A program made the translations under genes and the position numbers. The notes beneath the pieces are model-generated. The model did no database searches and was not told the DNA's origin. It was given only the letters and a program-made list of their open reading frames with translations. A stretch of 57,611 nucleotides of DNA from Lutibacter sp. (lineage in GTDB: Bacteria; Bacteroidota; Bacteroidia; Flavobacteriales; Flavobacteriaceae), in NCBI GenBank assembly GCA_015662775.1, contig DQTL01000173.1, positions 1-57,611 of the forward strand, given 5' to 3'. This document shows, piece after piece, positions 1 through 8,970 of the stretch (position 1 is its first letter; each line of letters starts with the position of its first letter).

Positions 1-2849
1 TAATCCATATAATCTTCAATAGGATTACAACTACAGACCAAATGTCTGTCGCCATAGGCTTCATTTACACGACGTACAAAGGGCCAAAACTTATTTTCTT
101 TGATATATTTCAAAGGAAAAGCGGCTTGTTTTCGAGTATACTCATAATTCCATTCCTCAGCTGTTAACATTTCTTGTGTATGTGGTGCGTTTTTTAAAAT
201 AGAGTTTTGATCCGTAATACTATGTGCCTCTATTTCTTCTTTTATACTTGCCATCGCTGTGATAAAACGATCTAACTCTGCTTTATTTTCACTTTCTGTT
301 GGTTCAATCATCAAAGTTCCATGAACAGGAAAAGAAACAGTTGGTGCATGATACCCATAATCCATCAAACGTTTGGCAACGTCGATCACTTCTACGCCTT
401 TTGATTTATAATCTCTAAAATCGACAATCATTTCATGACCTACAAATCCGTTTTCCCCTGTATATAAAATTGGGTAATGTTCACTCAATTTTGTTTTGAG
501 ATAATTGGCATTTAAAATAGCGGCTTCTGTACTCTTTTTTAAGCCTTCTGCTCCTAACATTTTAATATAGGCATAGGAAATAATCGTTACAAAGGCAGAT
601 CCCCAAGGCGCAGAAGATACTGGTGAAATACCTTGTTCCATTCCCGTATTTGCAATAGGATTCTTAGGCAAGAATGGAGCTAAATCTTCTGTGCAAGAAA
701 TAGGGCCAACACCTGGTCCGCCACCACCATGCGGTATAGCAAAGGTTTTATGTAAGTTTAAATGACAAATATCTGCACCGATAATAGCAGGATTTGTTAA
801 ACCTACTTGAGCATTCATATTGGCACCATCCATATAGACTAAACCGCCATTATCATGTATTATTTTAGTTATTTCCTTTATCTCACTCTCAAAAACACCA
901 TGTGTTGATGGATACGTGACCATTAAAGAAGAAAGTTTATCGGCATGTAACTCCGCTTTTTCTTTTAAATCATCAATATCAATATTTCCATTATCAGAAG
1001 TATTGACCACAACTACTTTTCCACCCGCCATTACAGCAGAAGCCGGATTTGTACCATGTGCAGAAGCAGGAATTAATACAATATTTCGATCTCCTTCTCC
1101 TTTTGATTTTTGAAAAGCACGTATCACTAACAAACCTGCGTATTCTCCTTGTGCTCCAGAGTTGGGTTGTAAAGAAGTGGCTGCAAATCCTGTTATTTCA
1201 CTTAAAGCATCTTCTAATCCTTTGATTGCAATGCCATATCCTTTGGCTTGTACTTGAGGAGCAAATGGATGCACATCACCCCAAGCATGCCAACTCATAG
1301 GAATCATTGAAGTAGCCGAATTTAACTTCATCGTACAAGAACCTAAAGAAATCATGGAGTGATTTAATGATAAATCTCTATTTTCTAACTTTTTAATATA
1401 ACGCATCATTTCTGTTTCAGAATGATAAAGTTTAAACACTTCATTGGTCATAAACTCGCTTGTACGTCTGCTATGTTGTAATATGGTTCTATCTGCTATT
1501 TGCGAATCAAATTCATTAAAATTTCCACCTTCTGCTTGAGAAAATATTTCTAAAATCTCATTTACATCTTTGAGTCTTGTCATTTCACTTATGGAAATAC
1601 CTATGTATTCTTTGCCTATATATAAAAAGTTAATTTCTTTATCTTCTGCGTACTCTTTAATATGTTTATTCTTTTTTACTTTAACTAATAAAGTATCAAA
1701 ATAAGAAGTATTTAGTTGTTCAATTCCTAAATCAGCTAGACCTTTAGCAAGGGTCACAGCCAAATTATGAATACGGTTTGCCATATATTTAATTCCATTT
1801 TGTCCATGATAAACCCCATACATACCAGCCATCACTGCTAATAATACTTGTGCCGTACAAATATTAGAGGTTGCTTTTTCTCTTTTTATGTGTTGCTCTC
1901 GTGTTTGCAATGCCATTCGTAAAGCACGGTTACCATCTACATCTTCAGTTACTCCGATAATACGACCTGGAATATTTCTTTTATACTTTTCAGAAGTAGA
2001 AAAATAAGCGGCTGCTGGACCTCCATATCCCATAGGAATACCAAAACGTTGCGTTGTTCCGACAACGACATCTGCTCCCCATTCGCCTGGAGGAGTCAAT
2101 ACTGCTAAACTCATTAAATCAGCTGCTACAACAATATTTACTTCTAATTCATGTGCTTTCTTAACAAAATCAGAATAATCATAAACAGCACCATATCTCG
2201 CAGGATATTGTAAAATAGCACCAAAATAATCTTTAGATAAATCAACTTCTTCATGATTTCCGATAACTAATTGAATCGCTAATGGTTCTGATCGTGTTTT
2301 TAAAACAGCTATAGTTTGCGGTAAAACTAATTCAGAAACAAAAAAAGTATGAATTCCTACTTTTTTTTGTTTTCGACTACGTGTGTTATACAACATAATC
2401 ATGGCTTCGGCAGCTGCAGTTCCTTCATCTAATAACGAAGCATTGGTGACTTCCATACCCGTTAAATCGGAAACCATGGTCTGATAATTAAGTAATGCTT
2501 CTAATCGTCCCTGCGAAATCTCGGCTTGGTATGGTGTATAGGCAGTGTACCATCCTGGATTTTCTAGAATATTTCGTTGAATAACACCTGGCATTTCAGT
2601 TGGGTAATATCCTAAGCCAATGTACGAAGTAAATTCCTTATTTAACACCTCTAATTCTAAAATATGTTTCATGTAATCTTGTTCGCTCAAAGCTTCAGGA
2701 AGCTTTAAGGAATTTGACATTCTTATATTTGAAGGGATGGTTTTGTCAATCAACTCATCGATTGAGGAAACACCACAAACTTGAAGCATTTCATTTTGTT
2801 CAACTTCTTTAGATCCTATGTGGCGTAATTGAAAAGAATCTGTTCGCAT
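1..2849 (-). CDS. gcvP: glycine dehydrogenase (decarboxylating), glycine-cleavage P protein; all 949 sense codons present, stop codon truncated by window edge
   Basis: Absent from the ORF track because the stop (TA-) runs off position 1. My translation from ATG 2849..2847 reads MRTDSFQLRHIGS...GLGYYPTEMPGVIQRNILENPGWYTAYTPYQAEISQGRLEALLNYQTM...NLHKTFAIPHGGGGPG (PLP-lysine motif)...CSCNPIEDYMD, colinear with GcvP. Confidence 0.95.
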   Translation of the reverse strand, partial: MRTDSFQLRHIGSKEVEQNEMLQVCGVSSIDELIDKTIPSNIRMSNSLKLPEALSEQDYMKHILELEVLNKEFTSYIGLGYYPTEMPGVIQRNILENPGWYTAYTPYQAEISQGRLEALLNYQTMVSDLTGMEVTNASLLDEGTAAAEAMIMLYNTRSRKQKKVGIHTFFVSELVLPQTIAVLKTRSEPLAIQLVIGNHEEVDLSKDYFGAILQYPARYGAVYDYSDFVKKAHELEVNIVVAADLMSLAVLTPPGEWGADVVVGTTQRFGIPMGYGGPAAAYFSTSEKYKRNIPGRIIGVTEDVDGNRALRMALQTREQHIKREKATSNICTAQVLLAVMAGMYGVYHGQNGIKYMANRIHNLAVTLAKGLADLGIEQLNTSYFDTLLVKVKKNKHIKEYAEDKEINFLYIGKEYIGISISEMTRLKDVNEILEIFSQAEGGNFNEFDSQIADRTILQHSRRTSEFMTNEVFKLYHSETEMMRYIKKLENRDLSLNHSMISLGSCTMKLNSATSMIPMSWHAWGDVHPFAPQVQAKGYGIAIKGLEDALSEITGFAATSLQPNSGAQGEYAGLLVIRAFQKSKGEGDRNIVLIPASAHGTNPASAVMAGGKVVVVNTSDNGNIDIDDLKEKAELHADKLSSLMVTYPSTHGVFESEIKEITKIIHDNGGLVYMDGANMNAQVGLTNPAIIGADICHLNLHKTFAIPHGGGGPGVGPISCTEDLAPFLPKNPIANTGMEQGISPVSSAPWGSAFVTIISYAYIKMLGAEGLKKSTEAAILNANYLKTKLSEHYPILYTGENGFVGHEMIVDFRDYKSKGVEVIDVAKRLMDYGYHAPTVSFPVHGTLMIEPTESENKAELDRFITAMASIKEEIEAHSITDQNSILKNAPHTQEMLTAEEWNYEYTRKQAAFPLKYIKENKFWPFVRRVNEAYGDRHLVCSCNPIEDYMD

Positions 2850-2919
2850 AATTTATAGCTTTATAAGTTTCAAAATTACAAAATTTAGTCAGTATTTATA
2901 TGCGTTTTTATTAGATTAT

Positions 2920-3777
2920 TTGTGTTATTTTTATCACTTGATAAAACCGACTAAAATACTTGACTTTTATATTGATTTTAATATTCATGTTGCTGTGGCA
3001 GCAGCTTGTTTAGTATTAGTAACACAAGCACATTTTGAAATTGAAATTATTGAGTTTAGTCCTTATTTTATCTTTTTCAGCACTCTATTAGGCTATCAAT
3101 TTATTAGAATATTTAATAATTGCAAATGCAATATAAAGACGATTCGTTCTAATCTTAAAAAACAAACTCCTACAGTTCTAATAGTTAGTTTGTTATCCAT
3201 ACTAGGTTCTCTTTATTTCGGAATAAAAATTGGAATTTCTTATTTATGGATTTTAATCCCTTCGTCTATTATCACAATTTGGTACACAATTCCTTTATTT
3301 AAAATAAAAGGCAATCACACTTCATTACGAAACTACCCAAGCATTAAAATATTTAGTATTGCATTGGTTTGGAGTATTAATACTGTTCTTTTTCCTTTAC
3401 AAGACTACAGCTCTGAACCACAAATTTGGTTAGAATTTTTACAACGATTTTTTTTAATAATTGTGTTACTAATTCCGTTTGACATTAGAGACATTTATAA
3501 TGATGCTACTCTTTTACAGACTTTACCGCAAAAAGTAGGTGTCTTAAACGCTAAGAAGATTGGTTTTCTTTACCTTATCTTGTTTTTTGTGTTTAGTTTT
3601 TTTAAACAACCGCTTTCGGCACACTTACTTATTTCAGAACTACTGATTGTAATCATCAGTCTTTTATTCTTAGTTAAAGCAACTACCAATCAATCGAAAT
3701 ATTATGCTTCTTTTTGGGTTGAAAGTATTCCGATATTCTGGTGGGTTGTATTATCTTTTTTTAGCTATTATCTTTAG
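2920..3777 (+). CDS. polytopic membrane protein, UbiA-prenyltransferase-like (tentative)
   Basis: 285-aa ORF with multiple hydrophobic segments. Asp-rich motif FDIRDIYND fits the DxxDxxxD second motif of the UbiA family. TTG start; the true start is uncertain. Confidence 0.5.
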   Translation: MCYFYHLIKPTKILDFYIDFNIHVAVAAACLVLVTQAHFEIEIIEFSPYFIFFSTLLGYQFIRIFNNCKCNIKTIRSNLKKQTPTVLIVSLLSILGSLYFGIKIGISYLWILIPSSIITIWYTIPLFKIKGNHTSLRNYPSIKIFSIALVWSINTVLFPLQDYSSEPQIWLEFLQRFFLIIVLLIPFDIRDIYNDATLLQTLPQKVGVLNAKKIGFLYLILFFVFSFFKQPLSAHLLISELLIVIISLLFLVKATTNQSKYYASFWVESIPIFWWVVLSFFSYYL

Positions 3778-4654
3778 CAAACAAGGTTTTAACGATCCCA
3801 TCTGCCAAACCAATTTGTGGAACTATAATACTGTCAGATTTAGACCATTTCATCGTCGCTAAATATATTTTTAGGGCAGGAACGATTACGTCGGCTCTAT
3901 CTGGATTTAAACCTATTTCTCGAATTCTTTCTTCGTAAGTGAGCTTTTTTAAGGCTTTAAACTCTTGTTGTAGATAGCATCTAGTGAGTGGTTTCCCTAT
4001 TTTAGTGCCAGAAAGTTTAAAGATTTTATTGATGTTTCCACCAGAACCAATAATAATTAGTTTATCGTACTTTTTAACCTCTTCTTTGATCCAATCTTTG
4101 GCTAACTTTTTTGTTTGTTTATAGGTTTCTTTAGAACCAAAAGATCTAACACTTCCAATTTTAAAAGATTTTGAGCTGACTTGTTCTCCTTTTGAAAAAA
4201 AAGTAAATTCGGTACTTCCACCACCAACATCTACATATAGATAATTATTTCTTTCTTCAATTACCTTATATAAATCGGTTGAAGCAATAATTTCTGCTTC
4301 TGTTTTTCCATCTATAATATCAATTTTTACTTTACTTTTCTTTTCAATTTCATCAACTATAAATTGTGAATTGGAAGCTTCACGAATAGCTGAAGTTGCA
4401 CAAGCTCTGAAATTTTCTACTTTGTGGACATCCATTAATAATTTAAAGGCTTTCATGGCTTTAATCATTCGCTTTAAACTACTATCGGAAATTTTTCCTT
4501 TTTTAAAAGTATCTGCTCCCAAACGAATAGGTACTCTGACTAAGGCAGATTTATTAAAAATTGGTGCTTTTCCATTTTTAAGAATGATATTACTGATTAA
4601 CAAACGAACTCCATTTGAACCAACATCTATAGCGGCATATTTTATTACTTTCAT
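3761..4654 (-). CDS. Ppx/GppA-family phosphatase (exopolyphosphatase-like, short form)
   Basis: N-terminal AAIDVGSNGVRLLI and DVGGGSTEF ASKHA-fold phosphate motifs typical of Ppx/GppA. Confidence 0.85.
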   Translation of the reverse strand: MKVIKYAAIDVGSNGVRLLISNIILKNGKAPIFNKSALVRVPIRLGADTFKKGKISDSSLKRMIKAMKAFKLLMDVHKVENFRACATSAIREASNSQFIVDEIEKKSKVKIDIIDGKTEAEIIASTDLYKVIEERNNYLYVDVGGGSTEFTFFSKGEQVSSKSFKIGSVRSFGSKETYKQTKKLAKDWIKEEVKKYDKLIIIGSGGNINKIFKLSGTKIGKPLTRCYLQQEFKALKKLTYEERIREIGLNPDRADVIVPALKIYLATMKWSKSDSIIVPQIGLADGIVKTLFAKDNS

Positions 4655-4775
4655 AAATATTTTGTTTTTTTACCGTTAAGAAGCTAAGAAACAAGGATTT
4701 ATTTTATCTTTAAATTGTTTTACAGGAAACAAATCATTACTTTTACCTATTAAACTTTTGCCTTTTACCCAATTG

Positions 4776-5282
4776 TTACTTATACATTTTAGGCGTTTCA
4801 AATAAAACGGTTTTTCCTTTTTTGATGGTTTTATTTTTATTGATGGTTTTCCAATGTTTGATATCAAATTGAATTCCTACAACACCACAAGTAGGCACAT
4901 GTTGTATCACTTCGCTTCCAAATTTATTAACAAAGGTATTGATGCCATGATCGTGACTAAATATAATCGCTGTATCAAAAGCATCATCTAAAGCCATGAT
5001 GGTTTTAATTAAATAGCCATCACTAAAACTGTATAAAGATTTTTTGATTTTCAAATTAGCTAAAGGATACGTGAAGTTTTCAGCAAAAATCATAGCAGTA
5101 TGTAAGGCTCTATTGGCACTACTCGAAACAAAAATATCAGGCCTAAGAATTTTCTTATTCAAAGCTTTTGAAAGCAAATGAGCATCGTTAATTCCTCTTT
5201 TTTTAAGAGGTCGATCAATATCTTTAATCCCTTCATGTACCCATGAAGATTTTGCGTGTCTAACTATATAAATTGTTTTCAT
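4776..5282 (-). CDS. sixA: histidine phosphatase family protein (SixA-like)
   Basis: MKTIYIVRHAKSSW (RHx catalytic motif), FSHDHGI second His motif, ~165 aa size. Confidence 0.8.
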   Translation of the reverse strand: MKTIYIVRHAKSSWVHEGIKDIDRPLKKRGINDAHLLSKALNKKILRPDIFVSSSANRALHTAMIFAENFTYPLANLKIKKSLYSFSDGYLIKTIMALDDAFDTAIIFSHDHGINTFVNKFGSEVIQHVPTCGVVGIQFDIKHWKTINKNKTIKKGKTVLFETPKMYK

Positions 5283-5382
5283 TTCTTAAAATTTTAATTC
5301 CAGAACGAAAGTTCCTTAAGTACTAGCCACTACTAAGTGTTTTATGTAAAGAATAAACTAAGACACCTTCAAAAAGGATTAG

Positions 5383-6315
5383 CTATCCTACTTTCACTAA
5401 CTCAACTTCAAAAATCAAAGTTGCATTTGGTGGAATAACACCACCAGCACCTCTGCTTCCATAAGCTAAATCAGATGGAATAACAAACCTTGCTTTTGTA
5501 CCTTCTTGTAACATTTGTATGCCTTCATCCCAACCAGCAATCACTTGACCGATTCCAACAGAAAAAGAAATTGGTTCACCTCTTTGATACGATGAATCAA
5601 ACACAGTTCCATCTAACAACATACCTTTGTAATGAACTGAAACGTTTTGCCCTTTATTTGGTTTTTTTCCAGTTCCTTCATTTAAAATAGTATAGAACAA
5701 ACCACTTTTGGTTTCTTGCATACCTTCAATATGTTCTTTTAATGCTTTTTTAGCCGCTGCTTTTTCTTTTTCTTCTCTTTTTTCTCTATCTCCTTCAAAA
5801 GAACGGAAAGATTCAATGGCATTAAAACTTTCTGCTTCACTTCCAAATCTTAATATTTCTATTTTCTCCAAAATATCATTTTGTTCTATGCTGTCAACAA
5901 CATCTTGTCCTTCAATCACAAAACCAAAAACAGTGTGTTTTCCATCTAGCCAAGGAGTTTCTATATGTGTAATAAAAAATTGGCTCCCATTTGTATCTGG
6001 TCCTGAATTAGCCATGGATAAAACACCGGGTTGATCGTGTTTTAAATCTGGATGAAATTCATCCGCAAATTTATAACCTGGGTCACCAGTTCCTGTGCCT
6101 AATGGACAACCACCTTGTATCATAAAATCCGCAATAACTCTATGGAATTTTAAACCGTCATAATAAGGAGTGCCTTGTGGTTTCCTTGAATTTTCTAGAT
6201 TTCCTTCAGCCAAAGCTATAAAGTTTCCTACAGTAGCTGGGGTTTTGTCAAATGTTAATTGTATTAATATTTGACCTTTTGTTGTATGTATTTTTGAATA
6301 TAATCCGTCTTGCAT
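5383..6315 (-). CDS. dual-domain peptidyl-prolyl cis-trans isomerase (N-terminal cyclophilin + C-terminal FKBP)
   Basis: Cyclophilin motifs [30 protein letters not shown] and [12 protein letters not shown]-rich linker follows, then FKBP motifs [34 protein letters not shown] and LIFEVELV. Confidence 0.92.
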   Translation of the reverse strand: MQDGLYSKIHTTKGQILIQLTFDKTPATVGNFIALAEGNLENSRKPQGTPYYDGLKFHRVIADFMIQGGCPLGTGTGDPGYKFADEFHPDLKHDQPGVLSMANSGPDTNGSQFFITHIETPWLDGKHTVFGFVIEGQDVVDSIEQNDILEKIEILRFGSEAESFNAIESFRSFEGDREKREEKEKAAAKKALKEHIEGMQETKSGLFYTILNEGTGKKPNKGQNVSVHYKGMLLDGTVFDSSYQRGEPISFSVGIGQVIAGWDEGIQMLQEGTKARFVIPSDLAYGSRGAGGVIPPNATLIFEVELVKVG

Positions 6316-6333
6316 ATTATTATTTTTAGGTTA

Positions 6334-6341
6334 CAAATGTA
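6334..6341 (-). promoter_or_regulatory. Bacteroidetes-type -7 promoter box (TACATTTG) for the PPIase gene
   Basis: Reverse complement of caaatgta matches TAnnTTTG, ~19 nt upstream of ATG 6315. Confidence 0.45.
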
Positions 6342-6444
6342 GTGTTTTTTTTGAGTAATAAACTTACTATTCGGTTTTGCTATTCTTTTGATATACTTAT
6401 AACAAGTAGCTTAAAAAAACCTTTAAACTATCTAAAGAAATATG

Positions 6445-6452
6445 TACTTTTG
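6445..6452 (+). promoter_or_regulatory. -7 promoter box TACTTTTG
   Basis: Matches TAnnTTTG. Its position argues that the ORF-track start 6442 is upstream of the transcript and that ATG 6478 is the real start. Confidence 0.5.
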
Positions 6453-6477
6453 CGTAGAATTAAATAAAGAATTCCAA

Positions 6478-7779
6478 ATGGAAACACCTAAAATTGCCAT
6501 TATTGGTTTAGGATATGTCGGTTTACCTTTAGCCGTTGCTTTTGCCAAGAAATACCCTGTTATTGGGTTTGACATCAACAAAAAAAGAATTGAGCAACTC
6601 CATGCAGGTTTCGATATGACTTTAGAAATTGAGTCTGAAAAGTTGAAAGGTGTAACAGTACCAACTTCTGATGATTTAGCTAAAAATAAATCTGGATTTT
6701 TTGCCACAGATTCTTTAGATGAAATAGCAGATGCAACTATTTATATTGTAACAGTACCTACACCAGTAAACGAACAACATAAACCTGACTTAACACCTCT
6801 TTACAAAGCTAGTGAAACCGTCAGTAAAGTATTAAAAAAAGGAGATATTGTTATCTATGAATCTACGGTATATCCTGGAGCAACAGAAGAAGAATGTGTG
6901 CCTATTTTAGAAAAAGGTTCTGGTTTAGTTTACAATACAGATTTCTTTGCTGGCTATTCTCCTGAACGTATTAACCCAGGTGACAAAGAACATACTGTTG
7001 AAAAAATACTAAAAGTAACATCTGGTTCAACCCCAGAGATTGCTGAAATAGTTGACCAGTTATATAAAAAAGTAATTCTTGCAGGTACTTTTAAAGCTAC
7101 TTCTATAAAAGTTGCAGAAGCTGCCAAAGTAATTGAAAATTCACAACGTGATATAAACATTGCTTTTGTCAACGAGCTATCTAGGATTTTTAATTTAATG
7201 GACATTGACACAAGTGAAGTCTTAGAAGCTGCCGCAACAAAATGGAACTTTATTAAATTTACTCCTGGTTTGGTTGGTGGACATTGTATTGGTGTTGATC
7301 CTTATTATTTAGCTGATAAAGCACAAAAATTAGGATATAACCCTCAAATTATTTTATCAGGAAGACGATTAAATGACAGTATGGGGCCTTTTGTAGCTCA
7401 AGAAACCGTTAAGCTGATGATTAAAAAAGATATCCCTGTAAAAAACAGCAAGGTTTTGGTCATGGGAATTACTTTTAAAGAAGATTGTCCCGACATTAGA
7501 AACTCACGAGTCATTGATGTGATTAATGAACTTAAGAGTTATGAACTAGAAATTGACGTATTTGACCCATGGGCAAGTAAAGAAGAAGTAAAAGAAGAGT
7601 ATGGAATTGATTTACTTTCTGAAAAATCTGAATTAGCAAATGATTATAATGCAATTATTTTAGCCGTTTCGCATAAAAAATTCAATGGGTTTGAATATTT
7701 AAAATTTGCTGCATCAACTTTTGTTTTATACGATGTAAAAGGAATGCTGAGTAAAGAAGAAAGTGATGGTAGACTTTAA
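6478..7779 (+). CDS. nucleotide-sugar dehydrogenase (TviB/WbpO/CapL-like UDP-N-acetylhexosamine 6-dehydrogenase family)
   Basis: METPKIAIIGLGYVGLPLAVAF Rossmann N-terminus, catalytic GGHCIG motif, ~430 aa. Confidence 0.85.
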   Translation: METPKIAIIGLGYVGLPLAVAFAKKYPVIGFDINKKRIEQLHAGFDMTLEIESEKLKGVTVPTSDDLAKNKSGFFATDSLDEIADATIYIVTVPTPVNEQHKPDLTPLYKASETVSKVLKKGDIVIYESTVYPGATEEECVPILEKGSGLVYNTDFFAGYSPERINPGDKEHTVEKILKVTSGSTPEIAEIVDQLYKKVILAGTFKATSIKVAEAAKVIENSQRDINIAFVNELSRIFNLMDIDTSEVLEAAATKWNFIKFTPGLVGGHCIGVDPYYLADKAQKLGYNPQIILSGRRLNDSMGPFVAQETVKLMIKKDIPVKNSKVLVMGITFKEDCPDIRNSRVIDVINELKSYELEIDVFDPWASKEEVKEEYGIDLLSEKSELANDYNAIILAVSHKKFNGFEYLKFAASTFVLYDVKGMLSKEESDGRL

Positions 7780-7884
7780 GTTATTAAGTCAAAAATATAT
7801 AAAGGTGAAAAGTACAGCTGTAAGTTAGTCTTTAATCATCCCTATGTAAAAAACAGTATTAATACAAAGGAAATGCTTAACATA

Positions 7885-7892
7885 TAACTTTG
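7885..7892 (+). promoter_or_regulatory. -7 promoter box TAACTTTG
   Basis: TAnnTTTG match 32 nt upstream of ATG 7924. It overlaps or precedes the TTG 7897 track start, which is therefore unlikely to be used. Confidence 0.5.
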
Positions 7893-7923
7893 CATTTTGA
7901 CTTTGCTAGAAAAACACAAACAC

Positions 7924-8967
7924 ATGAAGAATATTTTAGTTACAGGAGCAGCAGGTTTTATAGGGCATCATCTTTCTAAATTGTTGGTAGTCAATGATTA
8001 TATGGTTGTTGGAATTGACAATATCAATGACTATTACGATCAAAACTTAAAGTTAGCAAGACTTCAAGATATGGGTATCGCAACTGATAATATTCAAGAG
8101 CAAACGCCATTAAAAGGTCAGATTAACTTTATAAAAATGGATTTACGTGATAGTACAGCTATCATGGAACTTTTTAAAGAGTATCAGTTTGATTATGTTG
8201 TCAATTTAGCTGCACAAGCAGGAGTTCGTTATTCTTTAGAAAACCCTCAATCTTATATTGACAATAATATTACTGGTTTTTTAAATATCTTAGAAGCTTG
8301 TCGTAAATACCCTGTTGAACATTTATTATATGCTTCTTCTAGTTCGGTTTATGGTTTGAGTGAAGAAATTCCATTTTCTGTAGATGCGCATACCGATCAT
8401 CCGATGGCTATGTATGCCGCAAGCAAAAAAGTAAATGAAATGATGGCTCATTCTTATTCTCATTTATTTAATATTCCAAGCACTGGATTAAGATTTTTCA
8501 CCGTTTATGGACCTTGGGGTCGCCCAGATATGGCATTACATATTTTCACAAAAGCTATTGTTGAAGAAAAAGAATTTGATGTTTACAATGACGGAAACAT
8601 GAGTAGAGATTTTACCTATGTAGCTGATATTGTAGAAAGTATAAAAAGATTAATTCCTAAACCACCTCAAAAAAACAATCCTAAATTTAATGCAGAAAAA
8701 CCTTTGCCTTCCATGAGTTCTGCTCCGTATCAATTATTTAATATTGGAAATAATTCGCCTGTTGCTTTGATGGATTATGTACATGCAGTAGAAAAAGCTC
8801 TAGGTAAAAAAGGTAAAATTGTCTACAAACCTTTACAACCTGGTGATGTCCCTAAAACCTTCGCTGATGTACAAAGTTTATTTGATTATATAGGTTTTAA
8901 ACCTGAAACAACCATTGAAGTTGGTATTCAGGCTTTTGTAGATAAATATTTGGAGTTGAATAAATAG
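7924..8967 (+). CDS. NAD-dependent epimerase/dehydratase (UDP-glucuronate 4-epimerase-like)
   Basis: MKNILVTGAAGFIGHHL Rossmann motif, YAASK catalytic YxxxK, SDR-extended family length. Confidence 0.85.
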   Translation: MKNILVTGAAGFIGHHLSKLLVVNDYMVVGIDNINDYYDQNLKLARLQDMGIATDNIQEQTPLKGQINFIKMDLRDSTAIMELFKEYQFDYVVNLAAQAGVRYSLENPQSYIDNNITGFLNILEACRKYPVEHLLYASSSSVYGLSEEIPFSVDAHTDHPMAMYAASKKVNEMMAHSYSHLFNIPSTGLRFFTVYGPWGRPDMALHIFTKAIVEEKEFDVYNDGNMSRDFTYVADIVESIKRLIPKPPQKNNPKFNAEKPLPSMSSAPYQLFNIGNNSPVALMDYVHAVEKALGKKGKIVYKPLQPGDVPKTFADVQSLFDYIGFKPETTIEVGIQAFVDKYLELNK

Positions 8968-8970
8968 AAG

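Noticed and set aside
2850-2919. Glycine riboswitch upstream of gcvP.
   Set aside because: Only ~70 nt of very AT-rich spacer is available. None of the conserved GGAGAG / CUCUGGAGAG / ACCGAAGGGGCAA-type elements are present.
4676-4867. 63-aa ORF overlapping the 3' end of sixA, and the 102-aa ORF 4371..4679 opposite ppx.
   Set aside because: Both overlap better-supported genes. They have no motifs and basic or low-complexity composition.
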